A stretch of 64,000 nt of DNA from a candidate division Kazan bacterium. GTDB taxonomy: Bacteria; Patescibacteriota; Kazan-3B-28. The stretch spans positions 65,151 through 129,150 of the forward strand of contig QMNG01000002.1 of NCBI GenBank assembly GCA_003647645.1, given 5' to 3'. Positions 8,305-16,566 of the stretch are shown here, piece after piece. The position numbers were made by a program, and so were the translations under genes. Each line of letters opens with the position of its first letter. Position 1 is the stretch's first letter. The notes under the pieces are model-generated. The model ran no database searches, was not told the origin of the DNA, and worked only from the letters and a program-made list of their open reading frames with translations.

Positions 8305-9561
8305 ATGAAAGAGGTTAATCCAGCATCCCGAATTGCTCTCTCATCGGCGGTTAGGACAGCCGTTGACATTTTGGGTTTCGATAAAACATTGGTTGAAAAA
8401 TTAAACTTTCCAGACCATTTGTACGAGGATAGACTGGAAATTAAATTAGACAATGGCAAAAATTTAAAGCTCCCAGCTTGGCGGGCGCAGTACAGCAACA
8501 TTCGAGGGCCTTATAAAGGCGGTATCAGATTTCACAAGGATGTTAGCGCTGAGGAAGTTGCTCTTTTGTCAGCATTAATGGCGTTTAAGACGGCTTTGGT
8601 AAATATTCCAATGGGCGGCGGCAAGGGCGGTGTTAAGGTTAATGCTAAAAATCTTTCTGATTCAGAACGCGAACGAGTTGCTCGTGCCTATATTCGCAGT
8701 TTCCATGAAATTTTGGGCTCTAAGGTTGATATTCCAGCTCCAGACATTAGTACTGATGCCCAGACGATGGCCTGGATGATGGATGAATATTCAAACATAG
8801 TTGGCTATGTAGAGCCAGGTGTGGTAAGCGGTAAGCCACAGAGCTTGTTTGGCTCAAGGGGCCGCAACAATGCCACATCTAGGGGAGGAAAATTGGTGCT
8901 TGATAAGCTGGTTACTCATCTGAATATTAAAAAAATACCACTGACAGTTGCTATTCAGGGAGCTGGCAATGTGGGCGGCTGGCTGGCCAAATTATTGGAT
9001 GATGATAACAAATATAAGATAGTGGCTATCAGCGACAGCAATGGCGCTATCTATAATGCTAAGGGTTTGGATGTCGGTGATGTTTTGAAATATAAGCGCG
9101 AGACTGGTTCAGTTGAGTATTTTGAATATGCCCAGACATTGACCTATAGTGAAATGCTGGAATTACCGGTTGACGTTTTAGTATTGGCGGCTATCGAGAA
9201 TCAGATCAACGATGACAATGCAGATAATATCCGCGCTAAAATAATTTTGGAATTAGCTAATCATCCGGTTACCAGCCGAGCTGACGCCATATTGGATGAA
9301 AAGCACATCACAGTTATTCCTGATATTTTAGCCAATGCCGGCGGTGTGGTCGTTAGCTATTTTGAATGGGTACAAAATAACACCGGTTTCTACTGGAATG
9401 AGAATGAAGTTGCCACAAATCTTGAGCGGCTTATGAATGAGGCAGTTACACAGGTGCTGCGATCTGCCACTGAACATGATGTTAATTTAAGAGTTGCCTC
9501 ATATATCGTGGCGCTACAACGCCTTAAAAAAGCCTGGGAGTTGCGTGGTGTGATACACTAG
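8305..9561 (+). CDS. gdhA: Glutamate (Glu/Leu/Phe/Val-family) dehydrogenase
   Basis: YKGGIRFH and PMGGGKGG catalytic-lysine motifs. Rossmann motif IQGAGNVG. 418 aa. Confidence 0.88.
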   Translation: MKEVNPASRIALSSAVRTAVDILGFDKTLVEKLNFPDHLYEDRLEIKLDNGKNLKLPAWRAQYSNIRGPYKGGIRFHKDVSAEEVALLSALMAFKTALVNIPMGGGKGGVKVNAKNLSDSERERVARAYIRSFHEILGSKVDIPAPDISTDAQTMAWMMDEYSNIVGYVEPGVVSGKPQSLFGSRGRNNATSRGGKLVLDKLVTHLNIKKIPLTVAIQGAGNVGGWLAKLLDDDNKYKIVAISDSNGAIYNAKGLDVGDVLKYKRETGSVEYFEYAQTLTYSEMLELPVDVLVLAAIENQINDDNADNIRAKIILELANHPVTSRADAILDEKHITVIPDILANAGGVVVSYFEWVQNNTGFYWNENEVATNLERLMNEAVTQVLRSATEHDVNLRVASYIVALQRLKKAWELRGVIH

Positions 9562-9590
9562 AAAAGTTTACAACAACTGTAGCTGTTGAT

Positions 9591-9860
9591 ATGAAACTAC
9601 AAAAATATACAATTTATTCAACCCCCAATTGTCCCTATTGCCGTCTGCTGAAAAATTGGCTTGTTGACAAAGGTATTGCGCTTGAGGAAAAAGATGTTTC
9701 AGTGGATATTCCTGCCCGACAAGAAATGGTCGAAAAAAGCTATCAGATGGGTGTGCCAGTCAGCATTATTCAGATGGAGGACAACGGTACAACCAAAGAA
9801 ATGGTTATCGTAGGGTTTGACCAGGCCAAAATCAGCCAACTCCTAAATATTGACATCTAA
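9591..9860 (+). CDS. Glutaredoxin-like / NrdH-like small redoxin
   Basis: 89 aa. Thioredoxin-fold CPYC active site in YSTPNCPYCRLLKNWL. Confidence 0.8.
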   Translation: MKLQKYTIYSTPNCPYCRLLKNWLVDKGIALEEKDVSVDIPARQEMVEKSYQMGVPVSIIQMEDNGTTKEMVIVGFDQAKISQLLNIDI

Positions 9861-10523
9861 TTTTTCCTTAGTAACTGTTTGTTTAATGATGTCGTAATCA
9901 AATCCTTGTCGCGCCAGATAGGCGTAAATTTTTTGCGATTTTGTCTGCCAGCTTTCGTTCTTTAGTTGGCGGTATTTGTGCCGTGCCGAATTCAGTGCGG
10001 ATTGCTTGTCATAATTCTCAGTGATTTTTTTTAGGCTTGATTCGATGACTTTCGGTGAAAATTTTTTGGTCATTAGATAAAGCTTTATTTGTCGTATGCT
10101 TTTACTTTCCTGTTGAGTTAGACGCTCCACAATACTATCAGCCAGTCTCTGATCATCAATTATTTTGGCGTCAATTAATTTTTTGACAGTAGCTTGGGCA
10201 ACAGCTTCGTCAAATTTTGTCTTCAGTCGCTCGTACATTCTGTGGGAGTTTTTAGGACTAGCTTCCATTAATCTCAGGGCATATTCCCAGACGTTATGTG
10301 AGCTTTCCTGTTTTTCAAGTCTGTCTATAATAGCGGGTGTCAGAGTTAAACCAACTCTCAAACCCAGCTTCATTGCAACTAGTTTATCAATACCTCTGTA
10401 AAATTTGCCGTCCACATAAAGACTGGCTCGGTTGGGGTTCTTGGTCTGAGTTTTGATACTGGTTACTTCCATAATGTTATTATATAGGTATATATCCCCG
10501 TCGCTCGGTTCAAATGAAAACAA
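9843..10523 (-). CDS. recX: RecX-family regulatory protein
   Basis: 226 aa. Repeated three-helix pattern and N-terminal ...RASLYVDGKFYRGID...L..GL..G..L typical of RecX. Convergent 18-nt overlap with the redoxin gene. Confidence 0.7.
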   Translation of the reverse strand: MFSFEPSDGDIYLYNNIMEVTSIKTQTKNPNRASLYVDGKFYRGIDKLVAMKLGLRVGLTLTPAIIDRLEKQESSHNVWEYALRLMEASPKNSHRMYERLKTKFDEAVAQATVKKLIDAKIIDDQRLADSIVERLTQQESKSIRQIKLYLMTKKFSPKVIESSLKKITENYDKQSALNSARHKYRQLKNESWQTKSQKIYAYLARQGFDYDIIKQTVTKEKLDVNI

Positions 10524-10621
10524 GTTTTCATTTGTCTGCTTGCTAGGCAGTACAGAAGAGGTGCTACTGTTGGATATAATGCATCTATAAAAAATCGTTA
10601 CTAGAGCCAGTTTCAGAACTT

Positions 10622-12121
10622 ATGAAAGAAAAATTCTACATAACTACTTCGATCATTTACGCTAATGCTAAACCGCATATTGGCCACGCCTTGGAATTGT
10701 TACAGGCCGATGTTATTGCACGTTGGCAGAGATTGTTGGGTAAGGATGTTTTTTTTCTGACTGGTACCGATGAGCACGGCATAAAAGTTTATCAGTCAGC
10801 TAAAAATGCTAATAAAAAACCGCAGGAATTTGTTAATGAAAATACTCAATCAGCCAAAGAGTTAATCAAATTTCTTAATATCTCCAATACTGATTTTATC
10901 CGCACGACTGACAAAAAACGCCACTGGCCGGCTGTTGCTAAAATTTGGGAACTATTGAGAGCTAATGGTGATATTTACAAAGGTAGTTACAAAGGATTGT
11001 ATTCGGTGAAAGAAGAAGTTTATATCACCAAAACTGAAGCCGAATCTTCTGAATATAGGGATACTGAGATTATCGAGGTTGAAGAGGAAAACTATCTTTT
11101 CAGGCTTAGTAAATATGGAGAAAAAATTAAGAATGCCTATAAAAAATATAAAATTGTCCCGCCACATCGCCAAAAGGAGCTGACCAATTTTATTGATACT
11201 GGCCTTACCGATATTTCCTTTTCCCGCTCTAAAGACAAACTGCCGTGGGGTATTCCAGTGCCGGGTGATGACTCGCAAATTATATATGTCTGGTGTGATG
11301 CTTTGACCAACTATCTTAGTGCTCTTGGTTATCCCGGCAAAAAATACGAAAAATATTGGCCGGCAGACATCCATGTAATTGGCAAGGATATTCTCCGTTT
11401 TCATGCCATCTACTGGCCAGCGATATTGATGAGTGCTGGGTTAAAATTGCCCAGAAAGCTTTTGGTTCATGGATTTATAACTGCTGAGGGTAAAAAGATG
11501 AGTAAATCAGTTGGTAATGTTATGGATCCTCTTGAGCTGGTCAAGGAATACGGCGTTGATCCTGTGCGTTATTATCTTTTGCGCGAGATTCCGACTTTTG
11601 ATGATGGAGATTATTCCAAGAAGAGATTCGACACGCTTTACAATTCAGAATTGGCTGATAAGATTGGTAATCTTTTGAGTCGGTCGATTACAATGCTTAA
11701 AAAATATTCCAAAGCTACCGTCCCAAAGCCTGCCAAGGCTGACGGGTCACCCGATTCTACATATGGCTATTCAGTTATTGCGGATCGAATGAATGCGCTG
11801 CAGATTGATAAAGCTCTTGATGAAATAATTAATATTGCACAAGCCGAAAATCAATATATCGATTCTACAAAGCCTTGGCAACTTGCTGAGACTGGTTCAT
11901 CTAAGCTAAACGATGTTCTATACAATATTATCGAGAATCTTCGCCATATTAGCATCATGCTCTATCCCTTTCTGCCCGGAACTTCAGACAAAATTCGCCA
12001 ACAACTTGGATTGAAACCGATTGATCCAGATAATTTTGATTTAGATAAGGAAAAACAATGGGGCGGACTTAAATTCGGACATAAGCTTGGCAAATCAGAG
12101 ATCCTGTTTCCTAAAAATTAA
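10622..12121 (+). CDS. metG: Methionyl-tRNA synthetase
   Basis: Class I signatures: KPHIGHALE (HIGH) and KMSKS. 499 aa. Confidence 0.92.
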   Translation: MKEKFYITTSIIYANAKPHIGHALELLQADVIARWQRLLGKDVFFLTGTDEHGIKVYQSAKNANKKPQEFVNENTQSAKELIKFLNISNTDFIRTTDKKRHWPAVAKIWELLRANGDIYKGSYKGLYSVKEEVYITKTEAESSEYRDTEIIEVEEENYLFRLSKYGEKIKNAYKKYKIVPPHRQKELTNFIDTGLTDISFSRSKDKLPWGIPVPGDDSQIIYVWCDALTNYLSALGYPGKKYEKYWPADIHVIGKDILRFHAIYWPAILMSAGLKLPRKLLVHGFITAEGKKMSKSVGNVMDPLELVKEYGVDPVRYYLLREIPTFDDGDYSKKRFDTLYNSELADKIGNLLSRSITMLKKYSKATVPKPAKADGSPDSTYGYSVIADRMNALQIDKALDEIINIAQAENQYIDSTKPWQLAETGSSKLNDVLYNIIENLRHISIMLYPFLPGTSDKIRQQLGLKPIDPDNFDLDKEKQWGGLKFGHKLGKSEILFPKN

Positions 12122-12967
12122 ATGAATATAATACTTCTACCATTTATTGCAGTCGTTGCTAATGCTGTCTATCTCACCATTAGCAAAGCATTCTTCAAGC
12201 GTTATACCAGGCTGACTAGCCGGGAGTTTAACTGGTTGCAGTTTGCCGGTATTTTGTTTGTACTGTTTTTGCTGGTGCCATTCTTCGGAGAATGGCCAAT
12301 ATCTCTTTCCAGCACTGCTATTTGGTCTCTATTTGGCGTTGGTGCTTTAGCTATTTTAGGTAACATTCTGTATTTCTGGGGCATTGACCATGAAAAAATT
12401 TCGGACATTGAACCATTTTTGCTGTTCACTCCGCTGATAACAATTCTAATCGCTAGCTTTTTTTACAGCGATGAGCGTTCGTGGGTGATCTATTTGGCGG
12501 CCTTTTTGGCCAGTGTGGTCTTGGGTTGGAGTCATATTAAAAAACATCACCTTTCATTTACTTGGGGAATAATAACAATATTAGCCTTTTCGGTTATGTA
12601 TGGGTTTGAAGCCGTGTTGGTGAAGAGCTTGTTGTATGAGCTTTCTCCAATTATGCTCTATCTCCTTAGGTGTTTAATAGTCATTGTCGGGTTGTCTCTG
12701 TTCTCAAGGCCCGACTTGAGCATTGTTAAAAAACATCACCTAGCGCCCTTTGGCATTTTGGGGGGATTAGCTGTAGCTGCGATGATTACTACTTACACCG
12801 CTTTTCATCTTTTGGGTCTATCGCAGACAATCTTCATATTTATCCTCTCCCCTGTTCTAATTTATATTCTTTCAGTGATCTTTTTGGACGATCATTGGAA
12901 AACCAAAAACATTATTGCCAGCATTATCATTACAATCCTAGTGATTTTGGTAAATCTGGTAAAATAG
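12122..12967 (+). CDS. DMT/EamA-like polytopic membrane transporter
   Basis: 281 aa, about ten hydrophobic helices arranged as two similar halves. Starts immediately after the metG stop. Confidence 0.6.
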   Translation: MNIILLPFIAVVANAVYLTISKAFFKRYTRLTSREFNWLQFAGILFVLFLLVPFFGEWPISLSSTAIWSLFGVGALAILGNILYFWGIDHEKISDIEPFLLFTPLITILIASFFYSDERSWVIYLAAFLASVVLGWSHIKKHHLSFTWGIITILAFSVMYGFEAVLVKSLLYELSPIMLYLLRCLIVIVGLSLFSRPDLSIVKKHHLAPFGILGGLAVAAMITTYTAFHLLGLSQTIFIFILSPVLIYILSVIFLDDHWKTKNIIASIIITILVILVNLVK

Positions 12968-12973
12968 AAAGTC

Positions 12974-13753
12974 ATGGTACTTATTGATACTCATGTTCAT
13001 CTTAATTTCCCAGACTTTCGGGAAGATATGGAGGCGGTTATTAGTCGAGCCAAAGATTTTGGGGTTATCAAGATGATCAATGTCGGTACTGATCTTCAAA
13101 CCTCTCGGGAATCTATTCGTTTAGCAGAGAGATTTGGTTTCATATATGCCACTGCTGGCATCCATCCGCATTTTGCCGATAAATTTTCTGAATTTGCCGA
13201 TGAGCTGGGAGTTCTGGCTAAAAATCCACAGGTAGTGGCTGTTGGTGAAATTGGATTGGATTATTTCAGGAACTTATCAACTCATCAGGCCCAAATTGAG
13301 GCCTTTAAGTCCCAACTAGACTTGGCCCTCTCGCTCAGTAAACCAATTGTGCTTCATTGTCGAGACGCTTATACCGAAATGCTGGGTATGCTTGAAGAAT
13401 ACTATATTCCCCGTCTGCCTGATGGCCAGATACCCGGGGTTATCCATTCATTTGCCGCGGGTTCGTCGCATTTACAAAAATTTTTGAAGCAGGGTTTTTA
13501 TGTCGGAATAAATAACCTGGTTACCTATCCCAAAAATCTTTCTCTGCAAGATGCTGTAAAAATCCTGCCTTTAGATAGAATAGTATTAGAGACCGATTGC
13601 CCCTATCTGCCTCCGCAACACTTGAAAGGAGAACGATGTGAGCCCATATATGTTGCTGATGTGGCTCGCAAAGTGGCCGAACTAAAGGGAATGTCAGTAA
13701 AACAGGTGGAGGACGCTTCTGCTGACAATGCAAGAACTATCTTTAAAATATAA
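12974..13753 (+). CDS. tatD: TatD-family metal-dependent DNase/hydrolase
   Basis: N-terminal IDTHVHLNF, internal GEIGLDY and HCRDA, C-terminal ETDCPYL motifs. Confidence 0.88.
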   Translation: MVLIDTHVHLNFPDFREDMEAVISRAKDFGVIKMINVGTDLQTSRESIRLAERFGFIYATAGIHPHFADKFSEFADELGVLAKNPQVVAVGEIGLDYFRNLSTHQAQIEAFKSQLDLALSLSKPIVLHCRDAYTEMLGMLEEYYIPRLPDGQIPGVIHSFAAGSSHLQKFLKQGFYVGINNLVTYPKNLSLQDAVKILPLDRIVLETDCPYLPPQHLKGERCEPIYVADVARKVAELKGMSVKQVEDASADNARTIFKI

Positions 13754-13840
13754 TAGGTTGTTCCGTTAAAGATTCAAAAGACAAGTCAGCGCCAGGAACA
13801 GCGGTAATAATCAATATTCGTAGCAAAAATTTCCAGCAGG

Positions 13841-14545
13841 ATGCTTAAACGAGAAATCAATACCCCTATATTTTGGTTGCAAGAGGCTGGTTTTTCAGCC
13901 TATTTGGTGGGCAACCAGGTTCGCGACCGAATTCTGAATATCGGAACCGATGTTTCCGATGTTGATGTTGCCACCAACGCCCTGCCCGATCAGGTCATAT
14001 CTGTCTTACAAAATAACAATATTATCCCTTCGACCGTTGATGAAAAATTCGGAGTAGTTGCATTTAGATATAACAATATGACATATGAAGTTACCACTTT
14101 TCGCCAAGACATCTATACTTCTGATTTTGACAGAGTCAAGCGGTACCCAGACGCAATTAAATTTGTCCAAGTGGCGGCAGAGGATGCTCCTCGTCGGGAT
14201 TTAACTATTAACGCTGTTTATTTTAATCCCAAAACCGGCAGGTATTTGGATTACTTTAATGGTTTGGGAGATATTAAAGACAAAATTATTAGAATCATAG
14301 GTAACCCTTCCATTCGGTTTCAGGAAGATCCCTTGAGGTTGCTTAGGGCGGTCAGATTCAAACATCTGTTGGATTTCAAGTATGATCCAGCCACGTTCAA
14401 GGCCATGAAAAAATACAGCCATTTAGTTAAAAAGCTGTCACCCTCTGTTATAAAAAAAGAACTGCAAAAAATTCAAGATCTGCCGGGCTACAGCAGCATC
14501 ATTAAGAAAGAACTGCAAATTTTGGGACTAATTCAGACCCGATAG
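13841..14545 (+). CDS. cca: tRNA nucleotidyltransferase / poly(A) polymerase family protein (short, head+neck only)
   Basis: GNQVRD (GGxVRD-like), DVDVAT and RRDLTINA motifs of class II nucleotidyltransferases. At 234 aa it is much shorter than typical CCA-adding enzymes. Confidence 0.75.
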   Translation: MLKREINTPIFWLQEAGFSAYLVGNQVRDRILNIGTDVSDVDVATNALPDQVISVLQNNNIIPSTVDEKFGVVAFRYNNMTYEVTTFRQDIYTSDFDRVKRYPDAIKFVQVAAEDAPRRDLTINAVYFNPKTGRYLDYFNGLGDIKDKIIRIIGNPSIRFQEDPLRLLRAVRFKHLLDFKYDPATFKAMKKYSHLVKKLSPSVIKKELQKIQDLPGYSSIIKKELQILGLIQTR

Positions 14546-15072
14546 GTGGCCACTTGTTTTTTGGCAGACTCGGTTTTGGGCTTGATGACGTCGTTTGTAA
14601 ATATGACTTTGCCGGATTGAATCCGGATGACTTGTTCTGATGGAATGATTCTACTATTGCCAAATATCCCCACAGCCCCGCCGGGGCCAATGTAATATGT
14701 TCTGACCTCGGAGCTGATTGTGTCAAAAGTAAAATCTTCTATGTGGCCAAGTTTGGTCCCATTTTCAGTTTCTGCCTTAAATCCGACCAGAACGTATTTT
14801 TTAGAAATTAGTTCAGGCAGTCCGACTATTTCTTTGGGAGATACAATAGAAGCCCTATCTCGAGCTACTATCATGTTTGGACCGTATTCAATGATGTCTG
14901 CGGGAACAATAACTTGGGGCGACTTAAACGGACTGGTTTTGTCAAGCAAAAAAGCGGCCAGGCGCTGTTCCTTGGTTTTTATCACCCAATTGACAACCCT
15001 GCCCAACACTTCACCAGTTTCCAAATCCAATATGGGCATATTTTGGATTGTACTGATCTGGCGCAAGCTCAT
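14533..15072 (-). CDS. PRC-barrel-like domain protein (two repeats)
   Basis: 179 aa. Two G-x-x-LG-x-V/I-x-D/N-hydrophobic segments (GEVLGRVVNWVI, GTKLGHIEDFTFD) resemble PRC barrels. Assignment is tentative. Confidence 0.5.
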   Translation of the reverse strand: MSLRQISTIQNMPILDLETGEVLGRVVNWVIKTKEQRLAAFLLDKTSPFKSPQVIVPADIIEYGPNMIVARDRASIVSPKEIVGLPELISKKYVLVGFKAETENGTKLGHIEDFTFDTISSEVRTYYIGPGGAVGIFGNSRIIPSEQVIRIQSGKVIFTNDVIKPKTESAKKQVATYRV

Positions 15073-15123
15073 AGCTACCTCCCTTTCCCCTCATCATTAT
15101 ATCGCGATATTGTATACTAAACT

Positions 15124-16038
15124 ATGATGTCAAAATACTTTTTTAGATTAGGACTAGGAGCACTGGCTGTTGGATTAGTTTTAAGCGGCTGCTCCCTATC
15201 GAAGGCTCCTGTAAGCAGCCAGGAAGTAATGCGAAAATTTTCCCAGGCGCTGTCTGATCTAGGCAGCTTTCACTACGATGCAGAATTGGCTCTGTGGGGT
15301 AATTTGCCCAGCGGTCTGAATATTGATCTCAGCAGTTCTCGGATCAAGTTGGTGGGCGATGTTATGAGTGTCAACGATTTATCTCCTCAGTTCACGCTGC
15401 TGGCTCAGGTCTATGCCGACTCCAAAGCGGGTCCATTGAGCATTACTGGCCGGGTTATTGGTTTACAAAATTACACATATTTCAAATTAACCGATCTCCT
15501 AATTCCAACGTTATTGCCAATATCGATCGGAGCGGACTCCCAGTGGTACCGGATTAGACACATTCAGAACCAAGATAGCGATCCCAGTGTTTTGGGTTCG
15601 GGGGGAACACCGACGATTTCTCCTGATCAATTGGAGGCTATTCGGGAGCTTATTTCCAACCGTACATTCTTTAAAGTCATCGAAGAACTACCAGACGAGA
15701 CCGTGGTTGGACAACGTTCCTACCATTATTTAGTCAGGCCCAAATCAGATGTCCTAAAGCAAATAGCTGAACAATTAAGTCGGATACTTCAGGCTGATGA
15801 TGTGGCTGTTGACTTTGGTGCCTTAGAAAATTATGTTGCAGATCTGTGGATCAATAAACGGAATTTTAACCTTGCCAAGCTTCGGATAGCCGATGAGTAT
15901 ATCTCTGAAGAAGGAACAGTTGAGTTTGACTTTAATTTGGAGATGGATCGTCACAATGAACAACTGACCATTGTCGCTCCTCAAATTTCTGAGGATATTG
16001 ACGGCCTGGACTGGCTGCAAAGAGCAGGCCTGTTCTAG
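15124..16038 (+). CDS. Hypothetical lipoprotein
   Basis: 304 aa. Signal peptide with lipobox LVLSGC-S. No other recognisable motif. Confidence 0.65.
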   Translation: MMSKYFFRLGLGALAVGLVLSGCSLSKAPVSSQEVMRKFSQALSDLGSFHYDAELALWGNLPSGLNIDLSSSRIKLVGDVMSVNDLSPQFTLLAQVYADSKAGPLSITGRVIGLQNYTYFKLTDLLIPTLLPISIGADSQWYRIRHIQNQDSDPSVLGSGGTPTISPDQLEAIRELISNRTFFKVIEELPDETVVGQRSYHYLVRPKSDVLKQIAEQLSRILQADDVAVDFGALENYVADLWINKRNFNLAKLRIADEYISEEGTVEFDFNLEMDRHNEQLTIVAPQISEDIDGLDWLQRAGLF

Positions 16039-16227
16039 TTGGTATGTACTATAGTATACGGCATAGTATATACTACTGCCCGAAACAGAATTTATTATCT
16101 TTGGCGAAATCATACAGACGATGGGATATGATTGCCGGATATGCGTTCGGTTAGATATCTGGGAGCAAATGTTAGAATAAATATTGGTTTGACATCAAAA
16201 AGCCAGTAAATTAGAATCAGATACATT

Positions 16228-16415
16228 AAGGAGCTTCGCTCCAATTAACAATTAACAATGATCAATTACCAATTACCATCAAGGAAGAAGTTTTATTCTC
16301 TGAGCGAAGTCGAAGAGACACATTAATGTAATCCTTCGACTCACTTCGCTCGCTCAGGACATAATTAATTGAAAATTGTGAATTGAAAATTGGAAATTGC
16401 CGCGCAGCGGCTCAG
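16228..16415. repeat. tRNA-associated repeat, copy 3, carrying a nested palindromic MITE-like insert
   Basis: GGAGCTTCGCTCC + CAATTAACAATTAACAATGATCAATTACCAATTACC ... AATTGTGAATTGAAAATTGGAAATTGCCGCGCAGCGGC matches 6087-6215. An extra palindrome sits at 16295-16360. Confidence 0.7.
16295..16360. repeat. Palindromic MITE-like element (CTGAGCG...GTCGAAG / CTTCGAC...CGCTCAG family)
   Basis: ATTCTCTGAGCGAAGTCGAAGAG...CCTTCGACTCACTTCGCTCGCTCAGGAC forms a long hairpin. Related copies are at 48401, 48741, 50866 and 57961. Confidence 0.7.
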
Positions 16416-16489
16416 GGGTCCATAGCTTAGTGGTAAAGCAGTTGCCTTTTAAGCAATTGATGAAGGTTCGATTCCTTCTGGACCCACCA
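16416..16489 (+). tRNA. tRNA-Lys (anticodon TTT), CCA encoded
   Basis: Acceptor GGGTCCA/TGGACCC, anticodon stem GTTGC/GCAAT with loop CTTTTAA, T-arm GAAGGTTCGATTCCTTC, 3' ACCA. Confidence 0.9.
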
Positions 16490-16566
16490 GTTTTTACTTT
16501 CGGAATAGACTTTTAATTTTACCCCGCCATAAAATAATTTTATCTCTCTCGTGATAGAATAATCTT

